This document shows, piece after piece, positions 45,254 through 54,115 of a DNA stretch of 64,000 nt. This DNA is from Vampirovibrio sp. (GTDB lineage: Bacteria > Cyanobacteriota > Vampirovibrionia > Vampirovibrionales > JAJTHC01), in the NCBI GenBank assembly GCA_050916035.1, contig CP050876.1, positions 700,727-764,726 of the forward strand, given 5' to 3'. Each line of letters opens with the position of its first letter. Within the stretch, counting starts at the first letter, position 1. Under the pieces are notes generated by a model. That model searched no databases, was not told the DNA's origin, and saw only the letters and a list, made by a program, of their open reading frames with translations. The position numbers and the translations under genes are program-made.

Positions 45254-46710
45254 TGTCTTTTTTTGATCCCTTATGGGTGGATCGTCGTGTGCAAGCTTTA
45301 AATCAAGCTTTAGACGCCTTTCAAGGTGCAGAAGCCTATGTGGTGGGGGGGGCTGTACGAGATGCATTCCTTCAAAAGCCCTTTCCCTTTGAAGATGTTG
45401 ACGTTTGTGTGCTTCATGTGTCTGCCGAAGCACTGGCTAGGCACCTCGTTGCTCATACGGAAGACACTCGCTTGGTGGTGCTGGACGAGGCATGGGGCAT
45501 TTTTAGAGTGGTCTTTTTTTCAGCACAGCCTGAAGCGTCCCCTCTGTTTTTAGATATTGCTCAAGCCTTGGGCGATGAGATTGAGCAGGATTTGGCACGC
45601 CGAGATTTAAGCATAAATGCTATGGCGCTTCATACACGGACAAGGGCGTGTTTAGACCCTTATCACGGTCAAGTGGATTTAGAGTGTGGGCGGATTACTG
45701 CCTTGTCCTTTCAGAATATGAAGGATGATCCCTTACGCGTGTTACGCTTGTTTCGTTTCCATGCGGTCTTGAATCAACAAAAACGACCTTCTGTATTGGA
45801 TTCAGACAGTTTGGCTTGGGCCTTAGAGGTGCTCCCCTTTTTGACACAGGTGGCCAAGGAACGCGTGGCGGTGGAATGGTTTAAATTATTGTCCGCCCCC
45901 CATGCCTTTTCAACCCTTGCCTTAATGGCGGAAACAGGGGTCTTAGAAATCTTATTCCCTGCGTTACGGGTTTTAAAATGTGTGCCGCCGAATAGCCATC
46001 ATCATTTGCCGTTATGGGAACATAGTCTTGCTTTGGTTCAAGAAGCGGAAGGCTTATGGCCTGATTTAGATGTCGACACTCAGCAGGCTTTACTAATGCC
46101 TACGAGTCATAGCGCGACGGAATATGCGGTGCTTAAAATGGCTTGCTTATTTCATGATTTAGCCAAGCCCCAGTGTTGGCAAATTGAACGGTTACCGAAT
46201 GGGGTAAGGCGCCATCGATTTTTAGGCCATGAAAAAATGGGGGCAAACCTTTTATTGCCTATTTTGAAATCGTGGCATTTGAGTCAGCAGGTGCAAAAAC
46301 GTTTGACGCATTTGGTGGCGTGGCATTTATATCCCTGTACGTTTAGCCCAGCCAGTAGTGAAAAAAGTCGTTTGCGTTATTTTAGGAAAATGGGAGAGCA
46401 TACGCCTTTTTTGGGGGTTTTGGCTTTAGCGGATACCCTAAGTACCCGAGGCCCCGCTTTAACAAGGGAAGCGATTGCTCAGGCCAAGCAGCATCAATTA
46501 CAATTACTTCAGCAGTATTGGGACGGTTTGGCTCAACGTCAAGCCCCTTCCTGCTTAGATGGCCACCGCCTGATGTCTCTACTTCACTTGTCACCGGGGC
46601 CTCAGGTGGGAAAAATTTTAAGCGCCCTTCAAGACGCCCAAGCCTTGGGGGAAGTCAATACTGTAGAAGAAGCCGTGGCATGGGCCGTGGCGTATCATCA
46701 ATCCATTTAA
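45253..46710 (+). CDS. CCA-adding enzyme / poly(A) polymerase-family nucleotidyltransferase with HD domain
   Basis: YVVGGAVRDAFL...EDVDV, RRDLSINAMA, DPLRVLRLFRF, HD-type LFHDLAKP...GHEKMG. The ATG at 45253 overlaps the rsmE stop (TAATG). Confidence 0.75.
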   Translation: MSFFDPLWVDRRVQALNQALDAFQGAEAYVVGGAVRDAFLQKPFPFEDVDVCVLHVSAEALARHLVAHTEDTRLVVLDEAWGIFRVVFFSAQPEASPLFLDIAQALGDEIEQDLARRDLSINAMALHTRTRACLDPYHGQVDLECGRITALSFQNMKDDPLRVLRLFRFHAVLNQQKRPSVLDSDSLAWALEVLPFLTQVAKERVAVEWFKLLSAPHAFSTLALMAETGVLEILFPALRVLKCVPPNSHHHLPLWEHSLALVQEAEGLWPDLDVDTQQALLMPTSHSATEYAVLKMACLFHDLAKPQCWQIERLPNGVRRHRFLGHEKMGANLLLPILKSWHLSQQVQKRLTHLVAWHLYPCTFSPASSEKSRLRYFRKMGEHTPFLGVLALADTLSTRGPALTREAIAQAKQHQLQLLQQYWDGLAQRQAPSCLDGHRLMSLLHLSPGPQVGKILSALQDAQALGEVNTVEEAVAWAVAYHQSI

Positions 46711-46711
46711 A

Positions 46712-47791
46712 CTACACACGTTCAGGTTCTAAGCACTTTTGTATTTTGTCAAAGGCCGTGTGATTCAAGGCCAAAGTCAAGTGGTCCAGTTTCCAGTCGC
46801 TTAATAAATGATTATAAACCTGAGGCGTATGCATGTCATAGCCTGTCGTTTGTAGCATGGCATTTTGAAAGGGCACCATAAAGTCCCATACCACCATAAT
46901 GGAATGATACACGACATCAATGCCTTGTTTGACGAGGGCGTTTTTGGCCTGAGTTAGTTGGTCAAACACTTCAGGAATGGGTTTGTCTGGATTACGAGGC
47001 ACCCAATAATCTTTGAGGCGTTGCACGCCAGTGGCGCCTAAAAATCCCGTTCCCAAGGTCACCAACGTTTTAATGGGCGACTGTGTCGTCCTTATGGAAT
47101 CAATCAGGTATTTGGCCACCAAGCCCCCTAGACAATGACCGACCACATGAATACGTTCTACGTGGTAGTGCTGGCATAAGGCTTGAATTTGTTCGTTGAC
47201 AGCCACGGCGGATTCCCCAATGGAAGACAAGCCTTGCTGTGGCATTTCAGCCACATAAATGGGGTAGCCTTGCGCGTTGAAATGTTCGACCATTTCTCTA
47301 AAAAAGTAGGGGGGCGTGTTTAAACCAGGCACGATTAAAATGGGTAAATGCGCATTTTTTAAACGGGGAACATCGGATTCTGCGCTGTCTTCTTTTAGAT
47401 CAGAGGTAAGCGGAATAATCTTCGATGTATAGGGACTTTGTCGGTTTAAGGCGTAGTAGTCTTGACGTGCCGAATCACTTAAATCCCACAAACGAAAGCC
47501 TGAAATAAAATAAGTCCATAACCACGCGTAAAAACGAAAGATGGGCCAACGACGAGGACGGTTCCACTCGTTATAATAGGCCATAATATTTTGTACTTCT
47601 AGCGCTTGTAGTTGTCGGTGAATGGGGCTTAATTTGACCACCCCCATATGTAATAAGCCGCCGATGGGGGTACGCATCCAAGCCACTTTCAACGTCTGTA
47701 GAAAAGGCGAGCGTTTTTTTTTGAAAAGCAAGGCAGTCATTTTATTTTCCCTGTTGAAGGGTTGACCCGAAAGCGATGCTAAGCGTTTCAA
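46712..47791 (-). CDS. Alpha/beta-fold hydrolase with Cys in the nucleophile elbow (G-H-C-L-G-G)
   Basis: LPILIVPGLNTPPYFF, HVVGHCLGGLVAKY (Cys codon at 47132-47134), distal D and H candidates (VVWDFMVP, LDHLTL). Start may be Met18 (47740). Confidence 0.6.
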   Translation of the reverse strand: MKRLASLSGQPFNRENKMTALLFKKKRSPFLQTLKVAWMRTPIGGLLHMGVVKLSPIHRQLQALEVQNIMAYYNEWNRPRRWPIFRFYAWLWTYFISGFRLWDLSDSARQDYYALNRQSPYTSKIIPLTSDLKEDSAESDVPRLKNAHLPILIVPGLNTPPYFFREMVEHFNAQGYPIYVAEMPQQGLSSIGESAVAVNEQIQALCQHYHVERIHVVGHCLGGLVAKYLIDSIRTTQSPIKTLVTLGTGFLGATGVQRLKDYWVPRNPDKPIPEVFDQLTQAKNALVKQGIDVVYHSIMVVWDFMVPFQNAMLQTTGYDMHTPQVYNHLLSDWKLDHLTLALNHTAFDKIQKCLEPERV

Positions 47792-47914
47792 GACCCCTTC
47801 TCTACACAGTATAACGTAGTTTTTAAAAAATTAAACCCTTCTTCAAGGAAAAGATCCCTTATGGGTGTGATGTTCTTTCGTGAAAAGGCTTTATGGTCTT
47901 GTGAAGGACAGCGC

Positions 47915-48565
47915 TTAGGCTTCTTGTGCGGCCCAGTCTTTTTTAAAGGCGGCAATCCCTGAAGTCGTTAAGGGGTGTTGATACATTTGCTTTAAGATTT
48001 TTAAGGGAATGGTGGCAATATCACAACCGGCTTGTGCGGCTTGAACTACATGTAAGGGGTGACGAATACTCGCGGCCAGTATTTCAGAGTCAAAGGCGTA
48101 ATTGCCCAGCATTTCTACAATTTCTGCGGTGGCGGTCATGCCGTCTTGTCCGATATCATCCAGACGCCCCACAAAGGTTGAAATAAAAGAAGCCCCTGCA
48201 CGAGCGGCCAATAAGGCTTGAGCGGGTGAAAAAACAAGTGTGACGTTGGTTTTAATGCCTTGAGCACTTAAGGCAGCAACGGCCTTCATACCTTCAAGGC
48301 CAAAGGGAATTTTCACGTAAATGTGATCCGCCCATGTGGCAAATTCTTGTCCTTCTTGAATCATGCCTTCGGCGTCGTCGCTCATGACTTCCATACTGAC
48401 AGGGCTATTGGGGAAAATCTGACAAATTTCTTGAATAGTGGCTTTGACATCACCATGACCTGCTTTGGCCAGTAAGCTAGGGTTGGTGGTGACCCCTGAA
48501 ACGACGCCTAGGGTGGCGGCTTCACGAATTTCAGCTAAATCAGCGGTATCAACAAATAATTTCAT
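47915..48565 (-). CDS. tal: Short-type transaldolase / fructose-6-phosphate aldolase
   Basis: MKLFVDTADLAEIREAATLGVVSGVTTNPSLLAK, IYVKIPFGLEGMKA (Schiff-base Lys context), NVTLVFS, STFVGRLDD. Confidence 0.85.
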   Translation of the reverse strand: MKLFVDTADLAEIREAATLGVVSGVTTNPSLLAKAGHGDVKATIQEICQIFPNSPVSMEVMSDDAEGMIQEGQEFATWADHIYVKIPFGLEGMKAVAALSAQGIKTNVTLVFSPAQALLAARAGASFISTFVGRLDDIGQDGMTATAEIVEMLGNYAFDSEILAASIRHPLHVVQAAQAGCDIATIPLKILKQMYQHPLTTSGIAAFKKDWAAQEA

Positions 48566-48731
48566 GGGGAAGTCCTTTTCAGTTTGGTGTAAATATAGGC
48601 TCATCTATAGGACCCTATTTTGCCATAAAGATAAGGCGATGAATACCCATGAATTTTAAGGCCGCTTGTGCTAAAGTGAAGCAAGTCGACTTCCATTTTA
48701 AAGCCTTTTAAGCAAGGAGTTTCAAAATCTC

Positions 48732-49937
48732 TTGATGTCACCTGCCTTTACCTCTTCTCCTGAAAATCACCTCAACTGGTTGCCTGAACGTCCTAGTCGT
48801 ATTGCCGTGGGCATGTCGGGTGGGGTGGATTCTTCTGCCATTGCGTATATGCTCAAAGAAATGGGGCATGAAGTGGTGGGGCTCACCGCTTGGACGCTGA
48901 ATGGACCTGGGACCTGCTGTAATGATGCGTTGGTGAATGCGGGGCGTGTGTGTGAAGCCTTGGGCTGTGAGTTTGATACGGTTGATTTACGAGCTGAATT
49001 TCATCATTATGTCATGGATTATTATGAAAAGAGTTATCAAGCGGGCTTGACGCCTAATCCTTGTGTGGAATGTAATCGTTATGTGAAATGGGAACGCTTG
49101 GTCGATTATGCACAAGAATCCTTGAATTGTGAGTATATCGCCACAGGGCATTATCTCAGTATGAGACGCCCTCAGGGAGAAGCGGGCGATTTTACCATTC
49201 ATCGTGCCGTGGATGAACGGAAAGATCAAACGTATATGCTGGCGCGTGTCTTTCCCAAAGACTTGAAGCGGGCTTTATTTCCTTTAGGCTTATGGCAGAA
49301 AGCAGACGTGCTGGCCTACGCCAAGGAACGAGGCATCATTGAAAGTTCTTATAAAGAAAGTGTCGATGTGTGTTTTGTGTTGGACGGACAAGCGAATTAT
49401 CTAAAAGGGGTTTTGGGAGAAAAAACAGGCCCTATTGTCGACATTGAAACACAAGAAATTTTAGGGACTCACCAAGGCCACTGGTTGTTTACCAAGGGGC
49501 AACGCAAGGGGGTGGGTGTGGCTGCAGGCGTGCCGATTTACGTGATCAAAACGGACGCGCTCACCAATACCGTCTATGTGGGGTCGTCTATTCATTTAGA
49601 AAGTACCACCTTTAAGCTCAAACGAATGAACTGGTTTAAGCCGCCTAGTGCTCAAGAGTTAGACGCCGTGATGATTAAAGTCCGCTATGCGGGTCAACCG
49701 ACTTTGGGGACTTTGCGTCCAGACCCTGCAGGAACGGCAGATGAAGATTATGTCGTGACCTTGCAGATGCCTCAGCACGCCATTACCCCTGGACAAATTG
49801 CCGCGATTTATGATGCGTCGTTTCAACAGCTTTTAGGCGGCGGCTACATCGATGCTATGCTCGTGCATGAGGCCTTTGATGCGAGCCACGCCCCTGCTTT
49901 ACCTGATTTAAATGCCGCTTGCGATATTGTTAAGTAA
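48732..49937 (+). CDS. mnmA: tRNA 2-thiouridine(34) synthase MnmA
   Basis: RIAVGMSGGVDSS (PP-loop), NPCVECNRYVKW, ATGHY, DERKDQTYML. Confidence 0.9.
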   Translation: MMSPAFTSSPENHLNWLPERPSRIAVGMSGGVDSSAIAYMLKEMGHEVVGLTAWTLNGPGTCCNDALVNAGRVCEALGCEFDTVDLRAEFHHYVMDYYEKSYQAGLTPNPCVECNRYVKWERLVDYAQESLNCEYIATGHYLSMRRPQGEAGDFTIHRAVDERKDQTYMLARVFPKDLKRALFPLGLWQKADVLAYAKERGIIESSYKESVDVCFVLDGQANYLKGVLGEKTGPIVDIETQEILGTHQGHWLFTKGQRKGVGVAAGVPIYVIKTDALTNTVYVGSSIHLESTTFKLKRMNWFKPPSAQELDAVMIKVRYAGQPTLGTLRPDPAGTADEDYVVTLQMPQHAITPGQIAAIYDASFQQLLGGGYIDAMLVHEAFDASHAPALPDLNAACDIVK

Positions 49938-49952
49938 GAAAAGTGTCTAATC

Positions 49953-51431
49953 ATGACGAGCCCTTCCTTTTTGGCCTTACAGCACGCCTGTCCCCATATC
50001 ACCTTTTTACAGTCGCCCGCCCAACGGCTGGTTTATGAACGAGACGCCAATGTCTTGCTTGCTCAAGCCCCTGCCTTGATTGCGCTTCCGCAAAGCCCTC
50101 AGGATGTGGCGGATTTACTGAAAGTCTGTCAGCAGTTTCAAATTCCCTTTACCACGCGCGGGGCAGGCACCGGATTGGCTGCGGGAAGTGTGCCTCATCA
50201 CCCTGATTGTTTGCTGATTTCTACGGCTCGTCTGAAGCAGATTCATCACATTGATACAGAAGCCTATACCGCCCATTGTCAAGCGGGGGTTGTGAACGCT
50301 ACGCTCAATGAACGTTTAGCACCTTTGGGCTTGATGTATGCGCCTGATCCGTCGAGTCAACGTGCGTGTACCTTAGGGGGGAATTGGGCCGCCAATGCGG
50401 GAGGCGTCCATTGTATTGGCTATGGGGTAACCACCGACCACCTTTTGGCCTTAGAAGTGGTCACCCCTTCAGGGGAACGCTTTTGGACAAAGCCTGAACC
50501 AGCAGGCCTGCCTTCTGTGTTAAGCGAATCGTTTACCAGTTTATATTGTGGCAGTGAAGGCACCTTAGGCATTTTAACGGAAGCTGTGGTGAAATTAACC
50601 CCCGTGCCGACTCATGTTGGGGTGGGTTTAATTGGCTTTGCTTCGGTGGACGCCGCCATGCAGGCGGTTACCCAGTTAACCGCGAGTGGGTTGAACCCTA
50701 AAGCGGTTGAATTTATGGACGCCCTGACGATTCAATGTGTGAATCAAGCCTTTCAGGTGGGCTTACCTGAAACGGCTCAAGGCGTTTTACTGATTGAATT
50801 GGCCTATCATTATGAAGCCGAATTGCAAGACGCGTATGCCCACTTTCAACGTTTGCTTGCCGTGTGGAATCCCTTGTCTTTTGTGTGGGAAAGCTCCCCT
50901 CAACGTCGTCAGGCCTTATGGCAGGCGCGTAAAGGAGCCGTCGCCAGTTATGGTCAGCTGTCTCCTCTTTTTTATGTCTTGGATAGTGTCATTCCTCGTT
51001 CCGCTTTGCCTAGGGTATTACAAGGGATTGATACTATTTCGCAAGACATTCAACTCCCCATTGCCAATGTGTTTCATGCGGGGGATGGTAATTTGCACCC
51101 GCATATTATGTTTAAGGATCACGACCCTTCTACCTTGGAACGCGTCAAGGCGGGCGCGGATGCCATTTTTGACTTATGCCTTGAAGTGGGCGGCGTCTTA
51201 AGCGGGGAGCATGGAATTGGCCTTGAAAAAGTGGCTCATATGCCCCAGCAGTTTGACCCGTGGAGTTTAGCCGCTCAGCAAGCGGTCAGCGAAGCCTTAG
51301 ACCCCGCCTATGTGGCGAATCCCCATAAATTGTTACCGCATAAAGGCTGTTGTGGCGAATCTCATCACGCCAAGCCCATAGGCAAGGGACTTTCCGTACA
51401 GCAGTGTCAAGAGCAAACGCTGTGGATTTAA
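49953..51431 (+). CDS. FAD-linked oxidase, GlcD / D-lactate dehydrogenase family
   Basis: TTRGAGTGLAAG, GGNWAANAGG, GSEGTLGILTEAVVKL, HAGDGNLHP, GVLSGEHGIGLEK. Confidence 0.8.
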   Translation: MTSPSFLALQHACPHITFLQSPAQRLVYERDANVLLAQAPALIALPQSPQDVADLLKVCQQFQIPFTTRGAGTGLAAGSVPHHPDCLLISTARLKQIHHIDTEAYTAHCQAGVVNATLNERLAPLGLMYAPDPSSQRACTLGGNWAANAGGVHCIGYGVTTDHLLALEVVTPSGERFWTKPEPAGLPSVLSESFTSLYCGSEGTLGILTEAVVKLTPVPTHVGVGLIGFASVDAAMQAVTQLTASGLNPKAVEFMDALTIQCVNQAFQVGLPETAQGVLLIELAYHYEAELQDAYAHFQRLLAVWNPLSFVWESSPQRRQALWQARKGAVASYGQLSPLFYVLDSVIPRSALPRVLQGIDTISQDIQLPIANVFHAGDGNLHPHIMFKDHDPSTLERVKAGADAIFDLCLEVGGVLSGEHGIGLEKVAHMPQQFDPWSLAAQQAVSEALDPAYVANPHKLLPHKGCCGESHHAKPIGKGLSVQQCQEQTLWI

Positions 51432-51539
51432 TGTGTTGCCCTAGCACAAAAAAGACTTCAGCGTGTTTTATCCCTTTGAAAGCAACCATACGATGCTTTT
51501 GATGATTATTTACGTTATAAAATAAAGAAAGGTTCAATC

Positions 51540-51947
51540 ATGAATCCTATTTCGGGTTACTCCCCTTCTCCTCAAATGAACAGCCACCGTTCAGGTAGTC
51601 TTACTGTTGATGGTGAAAAGCTTATCTATGAACAAATAGATAAGCTACCTGCTCAGACTAAAATCTTCGATACTGCATGGAGTTTATTCAACCGAGCAGG
51701 TGTTCATCCACAGGATGGATTCAATATTCTTCAGCATGCTGGTCTAAATAGTAAGGGTCACGATATACATATAACTACTGAAGGAGCGAACGCTTCCGTA
51801 ACTTTTTTTCAAGGTGAAAAAACAGTTGCATCAATGCCAGTATCGACTGTTGGCGCTCATATAACGAATCATTATAAGGGAGCAGTCGGTCCTGAGAGTT
51901 TATTTACACCTCTTAAATTGGCTCAAAATGGAACAGTGGTAGGCTAA
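51540..51947 (+). CDS. Hypothetical protein (135 aa), AT-richer orphan
   Basis: ORF with a plausible RBS context (aaagaaaggttcaatcATG), followed by its own terminator. No recognisable motifs. Confidence 0.5.
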   Translation: MNPISGYSPSPQMNSHRSGSLTVDGEKLIYEQIDKLPAQTKIFDTAWSLFNRAGVHPQDGFNILQHAGLNSKGHDIHITTEGANASVTFFQGEKTVASMPVSTVGAHITNHYKGAVGPESLFTPLKLAQNGTVVG

Positions 51948-51992
51948 AAAGCTTGTCTCCTCTTGTAAAGGCTGGCAAAATAGCTTCCCTTT

Positions 51993-52017
51993 AGGGAGGG
52001 CTCCTTCCCTTTTTTTC
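51993..52017 (+). terminator. Intrinsic terminator after the 135-aa gene
   Basis: AGGGAgggctcctTCCCTttttttt. Short GC stem plus T7. Confidence 0.55.
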
Positions 52018-52228
52018 AAGCTGGTCGACGTCAGAGACCTTTTCGTGGAAAAAGGTCTCCAACACCTCTAAATCCGTTCAAGGGGGGACGGGGTAGGACG
52101 CATTGCGTTTCTCCTCCCCTTCGTCCCCCCTTGAAAATCCCCCCTGAATCCCCACCTCCTCGCATCATTTACGGCCACGACGTCCGCAAAATGTCTCGGA
52201 CGCCTCGCATTTAGTGCTTGGACGTCTG
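52014..52228 (-). repeat. Modular hairpin repeat, copy C (inverted orientation, truncated tail)
   Basis: The reverse complement gives cagacgtccaagcactaaatgcgagg..., then a core identical to A and B, then hairpin 3 with loop tccacg, then ctgacgtcgaccagcttgaaa. Confidence 0.85.
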
Positions 52229-52352
52229 CTCTAAAATTACCTTTAAAATAATTTTCGCCGTGTGGGGAGGAAACGTTTAATGCTTTAGGTAGTGTCGACA
52301 TATAAATAATGATATAATAAATCCAAGATCTAGTTGTTTTGAGGGATTTATT

Positions 52353-53113
52353 ATGAACGATTATATTCAATACGAGTTGTCTAAAGCCCAATGGAATCAG
52401 ATAAAAGAGGCTCTACCTGGTCAGTCGCATCATAGAGGACGCACTGCCGAAAACAACCGTCTTTTTGTAGAAGCGGTATTATGGATGGGGCGAAACGGGG
52501 GAAGATGGAGGTCGCTTCCCTATTATTACGGCAAGTGGAGCAGTGTTCACAAGCGCTTCATTCGTTGGGCGAAACAAGGCATTTGGCAAATGATTTTCAA
52601 CACCCTTGCCACATCGGCAGATACCGAATGGCTTATGATTGATTCGACGATTATTCGCGCCCACCAGTGTTCAGCAGGGGCAAAAAAAGTGCCGGAAAAC
52701 AAGCGTTAGGACGATCGTCAGGGGGCTATACGAGCAAGCTTCACGCCGTTTGTGACAGCCACGGCAACCCCGTTCGCTTTATCGTCACCGCAGGGCAGGT
52801 TTCCGACTCAACCCAAGCCATCCCTTTGTTAAAAGGGCTTGAAGCCACGGCGGTTTTGGCGGACAAGGGCTATGTTTCAGAACAAATATTTGAGGCGATT
52901 CACCTCATGGGGGCTGAAGTGGTCATCCCTAATAAAAGCAATGCGGTGGCTCCTCGTCAAGTCGATTACTTCCTTTACAAGGCTCGCCACTTGGTAGAAA
53001 ACTTGTTTAAAGACCTTAAAAACTTCAGGCGAATGGCAACCCGTTACGATAAATTAGATGTGGCTTATTTGTCTTTTGTTCATCTTGCTTCTATTTGTTT
53101 ATGGCTTAAGTAA
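52353..53113 (+). CDS. IS5-family DDE transposase, orfA-orfB joined by a programmed -1 frameshift
   Basis: orfA (52353-52709): LSKAQWNQIKEALPG...GRTAENNRLFVEAVLWMGRNGGRWRSLP...KRFIRWAKQGIW...IDSTIIRAHQ. orfB (52667-53113): LADKGY...ENLFKDLKNFRRMATRYDK. The frames differ by -1 across an A7 run. Confidence 0.85.
52682..52688 (+). promoter_or_regulatory. Slippery A AAA AAA heptamer for -1 ribosomal frameshifting in the transposase
   Basis: gcA AAA AAA gtg in the orfA frame; a -1 slip reads agt gcc gga aaa caa, which is the orfB sequence SAGKQ. Confidence 0.7.
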
Positions 53114-53143
53114 ATGTCGACACTACCTAATCGTCCGCATCTA

Positions 53144-53281
53144 ATACCATTTAAACGATTGGAAAGCGTATAGATGTATTCTAGGAGCCTAGACTCGCAG
53201 AGGGGTGAAGTGTACATAAACGTACATAAACACCTCGAGAATCGTAGCGACAACGAAGACGTCAGACGCTATTTAATCGTT
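53144..53281 (+). repeat. Left arm of a ~138-bp mosaic inverted repeat
   Basis: Blocks ataccatttaaacga, tattctaggagcct (53177-53190), gtgtacataaacgtacataa, gtagcgacaacgaaga (53244-53259) and atttaatcgtt recur in the same order in the reverse complement of 55952-56090. Confidence 0.75.
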
Positions 53282-53608
53282 GGATAAGGCCTGTAAACGT
53301 TCCGCAACCGGTTGGACGTCCGCACGGTGGGCATAGCGATTCAGTTGGACCTTATCAAACACATAGCGCTTCTGTCCGTGTGCATCGTCTTGTACACGAA
53401 TTAATTCCAATAAGGTCAGCTCGTGCAAACGTTTTTTAAGACGATCAACATCTCGTTTATGAACCGTGGCTTTTAAAGTTTGAAGCGAAACACCGTCCCC
53501 ACGCTCGTTATGTTCTGTTGAGTTTAAGGCTTGTAAAAAAAGCGTTTCACAAAGCCACCACGTCAACGCATCCCAGTCCTCACTATTAATACGGGGAAGG
53601 CTTGCCAC
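53273..53608 (-). CDS. Hypothetical protein (111 aa), possible winged-helix fold
   Basis: ORF whose start codon overlaps the upstream gene's stop by 1 nt. The segment SLQTLKATVHKRDVDRLKKRLHELTLLELIRVQDDAHGQKRYVF looks wHTH-like; this is a weak inference. Confidence 0.45.
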   Translation of the reverse strand: MASLPRINSEDWDALTWWLCETLFLQALNSTEHNERGDGVSLQTLKATVHKRDVDRLKKRLHELTLLELIRVQDDAHGQKRYVFDKVQLNRYAHRADVQPVAERLQALSND

Positions 53609-54003
53609 TAATCAAGCACCGTAGCATCCACATGTTTTAAATCAGGATGCTTAATCACCGCTTGTAGCTTGGCAAAGGTCGTAATGGTGTGAATGTCAAG
53701 GCCTTTGACTTTGACTGCGGGGACGGAAACGGCTTCCAAAGCCAGTGCCACCGCTTTGGCACCTGCTTCATTACGCGCGGTTAAATGCAAGGCCAAACGT
53801 TTATAGGTAATCTGTTCTAAATTGTCCTTCATACTCAAAAAGGCGTGCCAGCCTTGACGAGAAAAACGTGCGGTGGACTGCATTAAAGCGTCGATGTTTT
53901 TAGGCTGGGGACTCGCGACGGCGGGAGAAGCCTCCTCTAAAACAGGGGTGACTTCAAGGGCGGCAGGGGAACTATTGTCTTTGGTGGTCATGATGCCATC
54001 CAC
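53608..54003 (-). CDS. Hypothetical protein (131 aa)
   Basis: ORF downstream of flgC on the same strand. No recognisable motifs. Confidence 0.45.
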   Translation of the reverse strand: MDGIMTTKDNSSPAALEVTPVLEEASPAVASPQPKNIDALMQSTARFSRQGWHAFLSMKDNLEQITYKRLALHLTARNEAGAKAVALALEAVSVPAVKVKGLDIHTITTFAKLQAVIKHPDLKHVDATVLD

Positions 54004-54115
54004 TCCTTTGAGACGATAAACGATACATTGGCTTCTATTATATCAGCAAAACAGGGTTGAAGGCCATTTTACTTTAAGGTGAGGGGTCAACGTGTTTTTC
54101 GTTTATCGAATCAAT

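Larger units (their letters stand above)
52285..53130 (+). mobile_element. Intact IS5-family insertion sequence (IS427/IS1031-like two-ORF type)
   Basis: Perfect terminal inverted repeats ttaggtagtgtcgacat (52285-52301) and atgtcgacactacctaa (53114-53130); the outer TTA/TAA may be target rather than IR. They enclose a frameshifted DDE transposase. Confidence 0.85.

Noticed and set aside
18179-52228. Whether the five dispersed repeat copies could be a CRISPR array or its remnants
   Set aside because: Copies are 1-24 kb apart, occur in both orientations, are 114-359 bp long and are separated by housekeeping genes. No short regularly spaced repeats or cas genes were seen.
52068-52391. 107-aa minus-strand ORF spanning repeat copy C and the IS left end
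   Set aside because: It crosses the IS inverted repeat and the repeat element, so it is a chimera of unrelated sequences. Same repeat-derived tail as above.
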